DNA of 64,000 nucleotides from Candidatus Omnitrophota bacterium. Lineage in GTDB: Bacteria > Omnitrophota > Gorgyraeia > Gygaellales > Profunditerraquicolaceae. Made by a program: the position numbers and the translations under genes. Below, one piece after another: positions 1-9,461 of the stretch; positions within the stretch are counted from its first letter, which is position 1, and the number at the start of each line of letters is the position of its first letter. The notes under the pieces were generated by a model, which did not search any database, was not told where the DNA came from, and saw only the letters and a program-made list of their open reading frames with translations. The DNA lies in contig JAZDMX010000003.1 of assembly GCA_043800555.1 (NCBI GenBank), positions 97,947-161,946 on the forward strand, written 5' to 3'.

Positions 1-92
1 CGCCGGCAGTAATCCTGCCGCAGCAATCACCCCTTTAAAATCAGGTTGTTTTAGCGCCGCGGGGATTGGCAATAACTGGAGTTTGAAGAATT

Positions 93-2042
93 ATGGCGGA
101 TAGGCCTAAGACAATTTTATTTATAGCTATTTTTTTAATCATCGCTTGTTCCTGCGCTTTCTTTTATTCGAATTCCCTGCATAACCCTTTCATCTGGGAT
201 GACGACGCCTTAATCGTTAAAAACCCGATTATCCGAAGCTGGTCGAATTTGCCCAAGGCATTTACCAGCGATTTGTATTCCGGAGTTTCCTTTGGCTCAA
301 ATTTTTATCGTCCGATACAAACAATTTCTTATATGTGGGATTATTCTTGGTGGCAACTCGATCCTTACGGGTATCATTTAACTAATCTTTTTCTTCAGAT
401 CCTGGTTTCCTTTCTGGTGTTTTTATTCACCCGGAGTTTCTTTAATGAAATAAGAATTTCTATAGCGGCGGCCCTGCTTTTTGCTTTGAACCCGTTGCAT
501 ACGGAAGTAGTCACTTATATCTCCGGCAGGGCGGAGATGCTTATAGCCGTGTTTTTGCTTTTATCCCTGCTTTTATTTATGCGGGGGAACCGGTTCTTTT
601 CCTGGCTGGCTTTTATTTTTGCGCTGTTATCGAAAGAGTTAGCGGTAGCCTTTCCCCTAATCATTATTGCTTATTTATTCTGTTGCCGTGGCGAGGCAGA
701 AAAGAAAGAAGATGGCTTTTTAAGGCCGGCCATTCCTTTTCTGGCGATTGATTTCTTGTATTTACTATTAAGGCTTACATCTTTAAGTTTTTTGCGTTCT
801 CACCCTCCGGCTTTGACCAAATACCCGCTGTTGGCCAGGTTTATGGTTTTGCCCGATATATTGCTTACCTATTTTAAGCTATTGGTTTTACCGGTTGATT
901 TGCATATGAGTTGGACTTTAAAACACGCCGCGGGTTTTATTGGCATATTCTTTAATTGGTTTTTGTCCGGATTGGTTCTTATCTGCGGCTACTATATCCT
1001 TAAGAGAAATAAGAATCCCGGCGTCTGGTGTTTTATGTCGTCCTGGTTCTTCATTTTTCTTCTCCCGCAGGCAGGCCTCTTGCCGATTAACACTTTCATC
1101 GCCGAGCATTTCCTCTATTTATCGTCAATAAGCTTCTTTATCCTCCTGGGTTTCCTGTTGAATAAATCCTTAAGAAAACAATTATTTTATCCGGCGGTAA
1201 TACTCTTGGGCGCTTTTTACGGTATACTCACATTTAGCCGGAATTTTGACTGGCAGGACCCGGCAGTTTTTTATAAAAAGATAATCAAATTCTCTCCAAA
1301 CAGTTTCCAGGCGCATAACAATTTGGGTTTAGAGTATGAGCGCCGGCACCTTTTTGACTTAGCGTTGATTGAATATAAGAAAGCCCTTGAGATCGAACCG
1401 GGCCTGATGGAAGCGCGCTCAAACCTGGCCAACCTTTATTTTCAAACCGGAAAATTCAAGGACGCGCTCCTGGAATATTCCAAGGTAGAAAAGAATGCCC
1501 CCAAAAACAAGGCCGGGGAATTACAGAATAATATTGGCTGCGTATTTGAGGTTGAGGGGTTACCGGATGATGCCTTGAGAAGTTACAGGCTCGCTTTAAG
1601 GCTGGATCCGGCTTTGAATTTTACGCATTTTAACATTGCCCGTATTTATGCGGCAAAGGGTAATTTTGATTTGGCGGCACAGGAGGCATTGCAATCGCTT
1701 CCAGAGATAAACTCGCCAATAAAGAAGAGTGAAGAATACCGCGCCATCGTTTCCTCGTATGTTAAATTACCGAATGTTTTCCAATCCGGTGCCGTATTCT
1801 TTAATGATTTAGGCGTAAAGTTTGCTTCTCGGGGGCTTTGGGAAGGTTCAATCACGGCTTTTAACAGGGCCATTGAACTGGATCCTTTTTACGCTGATGC
1901 GCATTTTAACCTGGGACTTGTTTTTTGGAAAAATGGCCTGAAAAATAAAGCAATTTTTGAGTTTAAATCAATCCTTAAGAATCATCCTAATTATTTGAAG
2001 GCCAAGGAGTTCTTATCCGAAATAATATACAAAAAGTATTGA
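93..2042 (+). CDS. Polytopic membrane protein with an N-terminal GT-C-like (PMT/ArnT-like) multi-TM domain and C-terminal TPR repeats
   Basis: Roughly ten hydrophobic segments in the N-terminal 400 aa. The C-terminus carries several 34-aa TPR-like units (AHNNLGLEYERR, ARSNLANLYFQTGKFKDA, AHFNLGLVFWKNG). Confidence 0.55.
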   Translation: MADRPKTILFIAIFLIIACSCAFFYSNSLHNPFIWDDDALIVKNPIIRSWSNLPKAFTSDLYSGVSFGSNFYRPIQTISYMWDYSWWQLDPYGYHLTNLFLQILVSFLVFLFTRSFFNEIRISIAAALLFALNPLHTEVVTYISGRAEMLIAVFLLLSLLLFMRGNRFFSWLAFIFALLSKELAVAFPLIIIAYLFCCRGEAEKKEDGFLRPAIPFLAIDFLYLLLRLTSLSFLRSHPPALTKYPLLARFMVLPDILLTYFKLLVLPVDLHMSWTLKHAAGFIGIFFNWFLSGLVLICGYYILKRNKNPGVWCFMSSWFFIFLLPQAGLLPINTFIAEHFLYLSSISFFILLGFLLNKSLRKQLFYPAVILLGAFYGILTFSRNFDWQDPAVFYKKIIKFSPNSFQAHNNLGLEYERRHLFDLALIEYKKALEIEPGLMEARSNLANLYFQTGKFKDALLEYSKVEKNAPKNKAGELQNNIGCVFEVEGLPDDALRSYRLALRLDPALNFTHFNIARIYAAKGNFDLAAQEALQSLPEINSPIKKSEEYRAIVSSYVKLPNVFQSGAVFFNDLGVKFASRGLWEGSITAFNRAIELDPFYADAHFNLGLVFWKNGLKNKAIFEFKSILKNHPNYLKAKEFLSEIIYKKY

Positions 2043-2073
2043 TAAAAACGCCTGTTGTGTTAGAATAATTTCA

Positions 2074-2610
2074 ATGAAAAACAGGGTAAAAAACAGGTTA
2101 ATCGTAAAGAAAGCCGGCGGCCGAGCCGCCCTTAGCCCATCAGGGAAAGCCGCCGTAAGAAGGCGCGGTTTTCCGGGCGGGTTTTCTTTGGTAGAGATAA
2201 CGTTTGTGGTTTTAATTGTGTCTTTATTGGTTTCTTTGGCGGTTGTGGAAGGAGTTACGCTCAGGAAAAAAGCCAATGAAGCAAACGTTCAGGCAAATTT
2301 AAAGGCCATAGCGTCGGGTTTTGAAATATACGCTGCCGGCCACGGCGGGGCTTATTCTTCCGGAGATGAATCTAACCTGCAGTTTTTGGTTGATTCCAGA
2401 TGCGCTTCACAGGATTTAGTAAGCATGAGCCAGTTGGGGAATTTTAAATATGTTGTTGGTTCGATAAACCCTTCAGGTTATGATATAAGGGGCATTGCGG
2501 TCAACCCTGTTTTAGCCGACCATAACTATCAGATTACGACAGGCGGGCGGATTAGGCGCAGCGACACCCCGGAAACCTCGGATAATGATTTTAAGGATTA
2601 TGCCCCATGA
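2074..2610 (+). CDS. Type IV pilin / pseudopilin (prepilin-type N-terminal cleavage/methylation domain)
   Basis: G|FSLVEITFVVLIVSLLVSLAV is a classical prepilin peptidase site with Glu+5 and a hydrophobic helix. ~36 aa precede the motif from the annotated ATG, so the true start may be further downstream. It is followed by the pilMNOPQ genes. Confidence 0.7.
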   Translation: MKNRVKNRLIVKKAGGRAALSPSGKAAVRRRGFPGGFSLVEITFVVLIVSLLVSLAVVEGVTLRKKANEANVQANLKAIASGFEIYAAGHGGAYSSGDESNLQFLVDSRCASQDLVSMSQLGNFKYVVGSINPSGYDIRGIAVNPVLADHNYQITTGGRIRRSDTPETSDNDFKDYAP

Positions 2611-3023
2611 AGAATAATAAAGCAAAGAGTTTTGTAGCCATTATGATTGTGATCGCCTTGTCGGCCTTGGTGTTAAGGGTAGCTATAAGCAAGATTATTA
2701 ATTTGGTGAGCGCCCAGAATGAATCTAACGCTCAATCCACGCTTAAGCTTATATCTACCGCTCTTGAAAACTATGCCGCAAACAACCAGGGGGCCTATCC
2801 TTTGAAAATAGCCGTTTTAACCCAGTCTCAGCCGCAGTATCTTGACAAGGATTATATAAAGCAATCCCCCCTAAAAGGCTATCGTTATAGTTGCGGCCGC
2901 TTGGACGCTTCCGGGTATAACTGTTACGCGTTTCCCACCCGGTGCAAATTAACCGGCAAAGTCGATTTTAGCGTTACTACAGGCAGTTTGTTAATATCTG
3001 AAGATTGCGCTAAAAAGGAATAA
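2607..3023 (+). CDS. Pilin-like protein with a degenerate leader
   Basis: N-terminal hydrophobic helix (KSFVAIMIVIALSALVL) and a pilin-like alpha-beta region (STLKLISTALENYAANNQGAYP) resembling the upstream pilin. It lacks the canonical Gly-1/Glu+5. A C-terminal Cys pair is present. The ATGA overlap with the upstream gene suggests translational coupling. Confidence 0.4.
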   Translation: MKNNKAKSFVAIMIVIALSALVLRVAISKIINLVSAQNESNAQSTLKLISTALENYAANNQGAYPLKIAVLTQSQPQYLDKDYIKQSPLKGYRYSCGRLDASGYNCYAFPTRCKLTGKVDFSVTTGSLLISEDCAKKE

Positions 3024-3046
3024 GTTCATAATAACCAAGAATACTT

Positions 3047-4078
3047 ATGGCCAATATCTTGTCGAAAATAAAAAATAATTTCTCCCGGGAGAGGTTTTGC
3101 ATCGGCCTTGATATTGGCACCCAGTCAGTCAAAATAGCCAGGCTTAAACTTGCTAAAGACGAAGTTACCTTGTGCGGTTTCGATATAGAGCCGGCTAAGT
3201 TAGAGCTTAGCGGAGCGTTCAAGAAGATAAAAGAGCCGCGTTTTGCGGACACGTTGAATATATCTGTTTCGGGCCCGCAAACCGTAATACGCTATGCCAA
3301 TTTTCCCAAAATGAACTCTCAAGAGTTAAGGCGTTCCCTTAAGTTTGAGGCGCATAAATATATACCATTTTCGGTCTCCGAAGTTAATCTCGACGCTTGT
3401 ATTCTAAAGAACGACCCTGTCGATAGCAAGATGCTGGTTTTGATCGCCGCGGCAAAAAAAGAGATGGTTGCCAGCCGCCTGGAATTGATTGAGAGCATAA
3501 ATTTACCCGTAAACCTGGTTGAGGTGGATTCTATCTCGTTGGTCAACGCCTTTATCTTTAATAATCCTCCGGAAGATAGCGCCGGGGATAAAGCGGTAGC
3601 GCTTCTTAATATCGGCGCTTCGGTGAGTAATTTGAATATATTGGAAGGCGCCATCCCGCGTTTAAGCCGGGATATGCATATCGCGGGCAATACCTTTAGC
3701 CAAAAGATCATGGATATATTCGGGGTTGCTTTTAACGATGCCGAAAGGCTGAAGACCGAACCTGAGCGGGAAGCTGAAAATGAGGATAGAATCAACGCGG
3801 CTTTAGAATCGGTCTTGTCGAATATGGCAACCGATATCAGGACATCTTTCGATTATTACGAAAGCCAGGGCTCTTCTTCTGTCGTCAAGATATTCTTAAG
3901 CGGCGGGGGGGCCAGGTTCAAGGGGTTAAAGGAGGCGCTTGCGCGCCTTTTGGGTATTGAGGTGGAATTTTGGGATCCTTTGAAACGCCTGGTGATTGAC
4001 GCTGCCGTTGGGGTTGATAAGGCCAAAGAGGCATCCGGGCAATTAGCGGTTGCCGTGGGGTTAGCCTTACGCGGGTAG
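3047..4078 (+). CDS. pilM: Type IV pilus assembly protein PilM (actin-like ATPase fold)
   Basis: N-terminal CIGLDIGTQSVKIARL is the PilM/FtsA-like phosphate-1 motif. Size ~340 aa and its position ahead of PilN/O/P/Q fit the call. Confidence 0.85.
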   Translation: MANILSKIKNNFSRERFCIGLDIGTQSVKIARLKLAKDEVTLCGFDIEPAKLELSGAFKKIKEPRFADTLNISVSGPQTVIRYANFPKMNSQELRRSLKFEAHKYIPFSVSEVNLDACILKNDPVDSKMLVLIAAAKKEMVASRLELIESINLPVNLVEVDSISLVNAFIFNNPPEDSAGDKAVALLNIGASVSNLNILEGAIPRLSRDMHIAGNTFSQKIMDIFGVAFNDAERLKTEPEREAENEDRINAALESVLSNMATDIRTSFDYYESQGSSSVVKIFLSGGGARFKGLKEALARLLGIEVEFWDPLKRLVIDAAVGVDKAKEASGQLAVAVGLALRG

Positions 4079-4192
4079 CGTTTCCTATAAAAGTTATTTT
4101 GATTACGCGGGTTATCATTAGCATATTTTAATTCCTGCAATCTGTTTTAGGGAGACGGTTAACCCGCTTTTGAACCGCAAAGGAATTTTTGG

Positions 4193-4807
4193 ATGATCGA
4201 GATCAATTTACTCCCGGAAGAATTAAGAAACAGGCTGGTCAAAGCCGATAACCCCGAGGTAGCCGAAAGTTCCGGCAGCCTGGAGCCAAAGCATTTTATT
4301 TTGCTCGTACCGTTAATCTTCGGTATTTTAGTTTGCGTTCAATTGACTATCGGAGTTTGGGGGATATCCAGGGCGCAGCGGCTGCATGCGTTGAAGCAGG
4401 AATGGAAAACTCTTGAGTCTGAAAGAAAAGCCTTACGGGAGTCCAGCGAGAAATACGCGTTGGCTTCAGAAGGCCCCCGGGCTTTGCAGCAAATGTTACG
4501 CGACAGGATTATTTGGTCGGAAAAGCTAAACCGCCTTAGTTTGGACCTGCCTCCCGGAATATGGTTTGAGGGGCTAGCGGTCAATTCGAACGAACTGACC
4601 TTATTGGCAGCCGGGGTGTCTTTAAAAAAGGAAGATATGGCCTTGATCAAGCAGTTTATTGATAATCTTAAGAATGACCCCGCATTTATTAAAGACTTTA
4701 ACGGCCTTGAGTTAGGCCAAGCCGTTAAGAAAACAATCGGCAGCTACGAGATTACCGAATTTACTTTAGAGGCGGCTATTAACCGGGCATCCGCTAAAAC
4801 AAAATGA
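4193..4807 (+). CDS. pilN: Type IV pilus assembly protein PilN
   Basis: Starts MIEINLLPEE, the INLLP PilN signature. Single TM followed by coiled-coil. Gene order supports it. Confidence 0.8.
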   Translation: MIEINLLPEELRNRLVKADNPEVAESSGSLEPKHFILLVPLIFGILVCVQLTIGVWGISRAQRLHALKQEWKTLESERKALRESSEKYALASEGPRALQQMLRDRIIWSEKLNRLSLDLPPGIWFEGLAVNSNELTLLAAGVSLKKEDMALIKQFIDNLKNDPAFIKDFNGLELGQAVKKTIGSYEITEFTLEAAINRASAKTK

Positions 4808-5406
4808 ACCTGAAGGATAAAATAAGAAACATCAAGATTTTCGACCGGTTGGATTTGGATAATAAGAAAATAATCCTTATCGCCGTAATCAGCGCGATCG
4901 CGCTTTATATGGATGTAAACCTTGTGTTGAAAGCCCAGGTCAAGGGGCTCAATAAGGGCAAGGAGGAGCTTATCAGGTTAAATAATGACCTGGATAGCTT
5001 CAAAGCGGAAATCAATAAGATGCGGCAGATGGAATCCGCGCGGCCTTCTTTACCCCAACCGGGCCTTAAGGCAAAAAAGACGGTTCCTGAAAACCAGTTC
5101 CCATCTTTACTGCAGGATATCTTCAAAGCGGCGAATAATAATGCCGTAAGGATATTGCAGATAAGGCCTTACCGGCAGGCGCCTTCCGTCGGTAAGGATA
5201 ATAAGGCCAAACCTCAGGATAAGCTTACCCCTGTTTTAATCGCCTTAGAGCTATCGTGCGGGTATCATAATTTAGGCAAATTCATAAACGGCTTGGAAAA
5301 CTTAGAATATTTTGTTAATGTGCAGGAGATTAAGATAGAGCCCCAGGGAGACAATTACCTTAACCAGAAAGTCAGCCTGCTTTTGACTACATATACCGGG
5401 AGCTAA
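4804..5406 (+). CDS. pilO: Type IV pilus assembly protein PilO
   Basis: Single N-terminal TM, a coiled-coil, then a C-terminal domain. It sits between pilN and pilP, with a 4-nt overlap with pilN. Confidence 0.6.
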   Translation: MNLKDKIRNIKIFDRLDLDNKKIILIAVISAIALYMDVNLVLKAQVKGLNKGKEELIRLNNDLDSFKAEINKMRQMESARPSLPQPGLKAKKTVPENQFPSLLQDIFKAANNNAVRILQIRPYRQAPSVGKDNKAKPQDKLTPVLIALELSCGYHNLGKFINGLENLEYFVNVQEIKIEPQGDNYLNQKVSLLLTTYTGS

Positions 5407-5416
5407 GGGATATACT

Positions 5417-5842
5417 ATGCGCGCGCCGTTTGAAAATCGGGGTTTTCCCTGTAAAAAAGCGCTTGGGGCGCAAGCGGGATGCGGCCGCTGGCGATTATTG
5501 GTTACGTTGTTCCTGCTTTGTTTTTTCAGTATTTCTTTGGCCCAGGAAGATTTTGTCTATCAACCAAAAGGCAGGAGAAACCCCTTTATCCCCTTAGTCA
5601 CTAAAGACGGGCAGCTTCTGAAACTGGACAGGGAACGGGAAAGCCTCCCGGATGGCTTATCGGTGGATGGCATCATTTATGATAAGCAAGGCGTATCGTA
5701 TGCCCTTGTAAACGGGAGGGTAATCGGCGTGGGGGATTACGCCGGAGATTACAGGGTTTTAAAAATCGAAGATTACAAAGTTACTTTTCTTATAGGCGGC
5801 CAGGTTAAAGAGGTTCCCATATACAGCAGGGAGGAAAATTGA
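5417..5842 (+). CDS. pilP: PilP-like pilus assembly lipoprotein
   Basis: Signal/lipobox-like region (LLVTLFLLCFFSISLA) followed by the RNPF motif typical of PilP. Immediately upstream of the secretin, with a 4-nt overlap. Confidence 0.5.
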   Translation: MRAPFENRGFPCKKALGAQAGCGRWRLLVTLFLLCFFSISLAQEDFVYQPKGRRNPFIPLVTKDGQLLKLDRERESLPDGLSVDGIIYDKQGVSYALVNGRVIGVGDYAGDYRVLKIEDYKVTFLIGGQVKEVPIYSREEN

Positions 5843-7503
5843 GGATAAATATCGTTTTCAAGCTTTCGTTGCTTTCTTTATTTTTATTGTTCTTGTCTTT
5901 TTCTTCTTCCCCGGCTGCGGAGGATAAAGATAACCCTCTCCAGGTTCTAAGCGCTTCGGATAACGTGACTTTGGATTTTAAAGAAGCGGATATCCAAAAC
6001 GTGCTTAAGATTATTTCCTACAAGTCGGGAGTCAATATAGTCAGCACTCCCGAAGTCTTAGGGAATGTTACCTTAAGGATGGTTGATGTCCCCTGGGAAA
6101 CGGCCTTGGACGTGATATTAAAGACTTACGGGTACAGTTACCAGAAACAGGGAAATATTATTTTAGTTACCAGGTTAGAGAATATGGCCAAGCTCCAGGC
6201 AGAGGAACCCTTGCAGACTGAAATCTTCACTCTTAAATTCCTTGACGCGCAAGACGCCCAAAAGATCATTATACCCCTGCTTACTCCCCGCGGGAAAATA
6301 TCAGTATTGTATGCCCGGGGGCAGAAAGGATGGACTTTCGGAACTTTTAAAATCGGCAAAGAGACCGTGACCAACGCTGCCTTGGAGAGAGAAAAGCAAG
6401 AAGCCAAGGCCGAAACTATCTCTATGCAAAATTCCGCTACCGGGGAGCTTATCTCGCGTAAGGCGGAATTTGACGCGTCGGTAAAGTCGAAGGTTCTCCT
6501 TATAACCGATACAGCCCCTTCTTTGGACAGGATCCGCAACGTGATAATCCCCGCGATCGATAAGAGACCCAAGCAGGTTTTAATTGAGGCCCGGATTATG
6601 GAAGTGCAAAAAGATAAATTAAAAGACATAGGGTTAGAGTGGGGCAAGGGCAATGGCTCGATTACGACCAATACCTCAACCGGCACTATTGTCGGCAGAA
6701 GCATTGCTTCTAATGTTACGCCTAATGCGTTTGACCCTGTTGAGGGGACTACCGCCGTGACCGGGACCTATCCTTATAATACGGGTTTACAGCTTCTTTT
6801 CAGTAAAATAGGCGGCACGAAGATGGAAATATTGTTGCATGCCCTGGAAGAAGATTCGCATACAAATATGCTCTCTTCGCCTAAAATCCTCACCTTGGAT
6901 AACCAGGAGGCGTCGATTTTAATCGGTTATCATACGCCGATCCTTAGCTCTTCGGTAACTGCCGGAACTACGGATAGCGGCCCCACGCAGACACAAACCT
7001 TGGATTATTACCAGGAGATTGGCATCCGGCTCAATGTCGTCCCTCAAATCAGCGACGAGGGATATATAAACATGATTATACATCCGAGCATTACGTCTTC
7101 AAATTCAAGCGTGGCCGCTACTAATGTCGCCGGCACGGGAAACGACGCGATTACATCCGAGATTGATTATCCCGTTATCGATGTGCGCGAGGCGCAAACG
7201 CAGGTTTTGATAAGAAATAACGAAACAATTGTCATCGGCGGGTTGCTTAAGGACGTCAAGACCAAGGAGACAATCGGCGTGCCTTTTATAAAGGACATTC
7301 CGTGGCTGGGGAAGTTATTTACGCGCCAGACGGATAATGTAACGAAAGTCGATTTGCTTATATTTATCACCGCTCACATACTTGAAGAAGGAGAGCTTTC
7401 CCAGGAAGAAACCGAGAAGATTAAAAAAGGCGTTGATTATATGCCGCCCGAAAAAGACTCCGGGGCCAAGAAAAAGGGCTGGGATTCTTTAACCGCCCCA
7501 TAA
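5839..7503 (+). CDS. pilQ: Type IV pilus / type II secretion secretin (PilQ/GspD family)
   Basis: Signal peptide present. The C-terminal secretin domain reads VIGGLLKDVKTKETIGVPFIKDIPWLGKLFTRQTDNVTKVDLLIFITAHI. Confidence 0.85.
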   Translation: MRINIVFKLSLLSLFLLFLSFSSSPAAEDKDNPLQVLSASDNVTLDFKEADIQNVLKIISYKSGVNIVSTPEVLGNVTLRMVDVPWETALDVILKTYGYSYQKQGNIILVTRLENMAKLQAEEPLQTEIFTLKFLDAQDAQKIIIPLLTPRGKISVLYARGQKGWTFGTFKIGKETVTNAALEREKQEAKAETISMQNSATGELISRKAEFDASVKSKVLLITDTAPSLDRIRNVIIPAIDKRPKQVLIEARIMEVQKDKLKDIGLEWGKGNGSITTNTSTGTIVGRSIASNVTPNAFDPVEGTTAVTGTYPYNTGLQLLFSKIGGTKMEILLHALEEDSHTNMLSSPKILTLDNQEASILIGYHTPILSSSVTAGTTDSGPTQTQTLDYYQEIGIRLNVVPQISDEGYINMIIHPSITSSNSSVAATNVAGTGNDAITSEIDYPVIDVREAQTQVLIRNNETIVIGGLLKDVKTKETIGVPFIKDIPWLGKLFTRQTDNVTKVDLLIFITAHILEEGELSQEETEKIKKGVDYMPPEKDSGAKKKGWDSLTAP

Positions 7504-7542
7504 TTAAGAGTGAGGCAGGTTTAATGCCTTTGCTAAGGGTAA

Positions 7543-7848
7543 ATGTATAAATTAAAGTTTATTTTCTCCAAGAAAGGGTTGATGATATATATAGGGCATT
7601 TGGACCTGATGCGTTTATTCACGCGGGCAATGCGCAGGGCGGATTTGCCGCTTAAGATGTCCGAGGGGTTTTCTCCGCACCCTAAGTTTGGTTTAAGGCG
7701 GGCGCTAAAATTGGGGTTAGAAAGCGATAACGAGGAGGGGATAGTGGCCTTGAGGGTCCCGCAAGATGAGCAGGAATTTAAAAATAAATTGCAGGAACAA
7801 CTACCAGAAGGGATTGAGATAAAACATGTCGAAAGAAATTTTAGTTAA
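7543..7848 (+). CDS. DUF2344 (TIGR03936-like, radical-SAM-associated) domain protein, short form
   Basis: IYIGHLDLMRLFTRAMRRADLPLKMSEGFSPHPKFGL matches the DUF2344 core (SHLDlmr...RA.lP...eGFhPhP). Only 101 aa. Overlaps the rng start by 22 nt. Confidence 0.55.
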   Translation: MYKLKFIFSKKGLMIYIGHLDLMRLFTRAMRRADLPLKMSEGFSPHPKFGLRRALKLGLESDNEEGIVALRVPQDEQEFKNKLQEQLPEGIEIKHVERNFS

Positions 7849-9268
7849 TATTGAACCGCAGGAAAAGCGGGTTGCGGTTGTTTCAGAGGGGCAATTGCAG
7901 GAATTCTATATTGAACGCCCGCAGGATAGGACTATCGTCGGCAACATTTATAAGGGCAAGATTGAGGCGGTCCTGCCTTCTTTGGGGGCGGCTTTTGTGG
8001 ATATCGGCCTTCCCAAAAAGGGTTTTCTTTATTTGTCCGAGATTGAATTTGCGTTCGAATCGGTAGATGAGCCGGGGCTTAAAAAAGATAAAGAGATCAA
8101 GAAGGGCCAGGAAGTGTTGGTCCAGGTAGTTAAGGAATCCTTTGGCACCAAGGGCCCGAGGCTATCTACGCACATTGGCTTAGCCGGCAGGTACCTGGTG
8201 ATTATGCCGCAGGATAAGCAGGTAGGCATATCGCGCAGGATTGAGGATGATGTTGAAAGAAGGCGCCTGCGCCAGATATTTAACGAGTTAAAGCTCCCCA
8301 AGGATGTCGGTTTTATCGTGCGGACAGCTGCCTGCGGGAAATCCAAGCAGGAACTTGGCCGTGACGCCCAGTTCCTTTATAAATTATGGAAGAGGCTGGA
8401 GAAAATTGTGGAGCAGAAAAAATCTCCCAGCCTAATTTATGAAGAATACGACCTTACTTTAAGGGCGATAAGGGATTCTTTTACCGAAGATATCTCTAAG
8501 CTGATTGTAGATTCAAAACCCGAGTATTATCGCATCCAGAATTTTATGCGCACATTCTTAAGTTATTTGGCCAAGAAGGTGGAATTTTACCGCGGCGACG
8601 ATTTATTCGGAGAGAAAGATATCGAGAGGCAGATTATCCGGATAAACGAAAGCCGGGTTTACTTGAAATCAAAAGCTTACCTGGTCATTGAGCCTACCGA
8701 AGGCTTAGTGGTTATTGATGTCAATAGCGGAGGGTTTAAGAAGAAATTTAACCAGGAGGAGACTGCTTTTAAGGTTAATTCCGAGGCGGCTATGGAAGTT
8801 GCCCGCCAGTTGGTTTTACGCGACTTAGGCGGCATAATCGTCATCGATTTTATCGATATGGAAAAAGAAGGCCATCGCCGTGAGATATTTAATTTATTGA
8901 AGAGGGCATTAAGCGGCGACCGGGCAAAATACGATATTTTGGGTATTTCTAAATTCGGCGTGGTAGAAATGACCCGCGAGCGGATTCATAAGACCGTGCA
9001 GATGCTTTCTTTTCAGTCCTGCCCTTATTGCCAGGGCAGGGGCAGGGTAAAGTCAGCTATGACGATAGCTATTTACGCCCTTAAGGAGTTAAAGAGGTTC
9101 TTAAAGGGTAAAAACCTCAAAGAGGTCAATGTCACGCTTTCCCCTTCGGTAATCGGCGAAATATTGAAGAATAAGGAAGATTTAAGGTCAATTGAGTATA
9201 AATTCAAGACCAAGGTTAATTTTATCTCTAATCCTACTTTGCATATCGAAGACGTGCACATCGCATAA
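7826..9268 (+). CDS. rng: Ribonuclease G/E family endoribonuclease
   Basis: N-terminal S1 domain (VGNIYKGKIEAVLPSLGAAFVDIG), RNase E/G catalytic core, and a zinc-link CPYCQGRG. The 480 aa size fits RNase G. Confidence 0.85.
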   Translation: MSKEILVNIEPQEKRVAVVSEGQLQEFYIERPQDRTIVGNIYKGKIEAVLPSLGAAFVDIGLPKKGFLYLSEIEFAFESVDEPGLKKDKEIKKGQEVLVQVVKESFGTKGPRLSTHIGLAGRYLVIMPQDKQVGISRRIEDDVERRRLRQIFNELKLPKDVGFIVRTAACGKSKQELGRDAQFLYKLWKRLEKIVEQKKSPSLIYEEYDLTLRAIRDSFTEDISKLIVDSKPEYYRIQNFMRTFLSYLAKKVEFYRGDDLFGEKDIERQIIRINESRVYLKSKAYLVIEPTEGLVVIDVNSGGFKKKFNQEETAFKVNSEAAMEVARQLVLRDLGGIIVIDFIDMEKEGHRREIFNLLKRALSGDRAKYDILGISKFGVVEMTRERIHKTVQMLSFQSCPYCQGRGRVKSAMTIAIYALKELKRFLKGKNLKEVNVTLSPSVIGEILKNKEDLRSIEYKFKTKVNFISNPTLHIEDVHIA

Positions 9269-9388
9269 TATGCCTATTTACCGTTATTGACGGGCGTAAA
9301 ATGCCGCAGCCTGCGGCAGGCAGGTGTAACGGCCTAGCCTGGGGATTGCCGCAGTGCCTGCAGCTTCTGGAAACGACATAATTTAGCC

Positions 9389-9417
9389 TTGACCCGCGTA
9401 TTTTACCGGTATATAAT
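9389..9417 (+). promoter_or_regulatory. Sigma70-like promoter (TTGACC-17 nt-TATAAT) upstream of rplU
   Basis: TTGACC at 9389-9394, a 17-nt spacer, TATAAT at 9412-9417, ~45 nt before the rplU ATG. An AAGGGAG RBS lies at ~9450. Confidence 0.45.
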
Positions 9418-9461
9418 AAAGCTTCAAAAAATCCGTTAAATCTATCAAAAGGGAGCCAAAA

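Noticed and set aside
1-92. Possible 3' end of an upstream + strand gene (frame-1 stop at 10-12) and a small hairpin GGCAG-taatc-CTGCC.
   Set aside because: Too little sequence to call a gene or terminator. No poly-T follows the hairpin.
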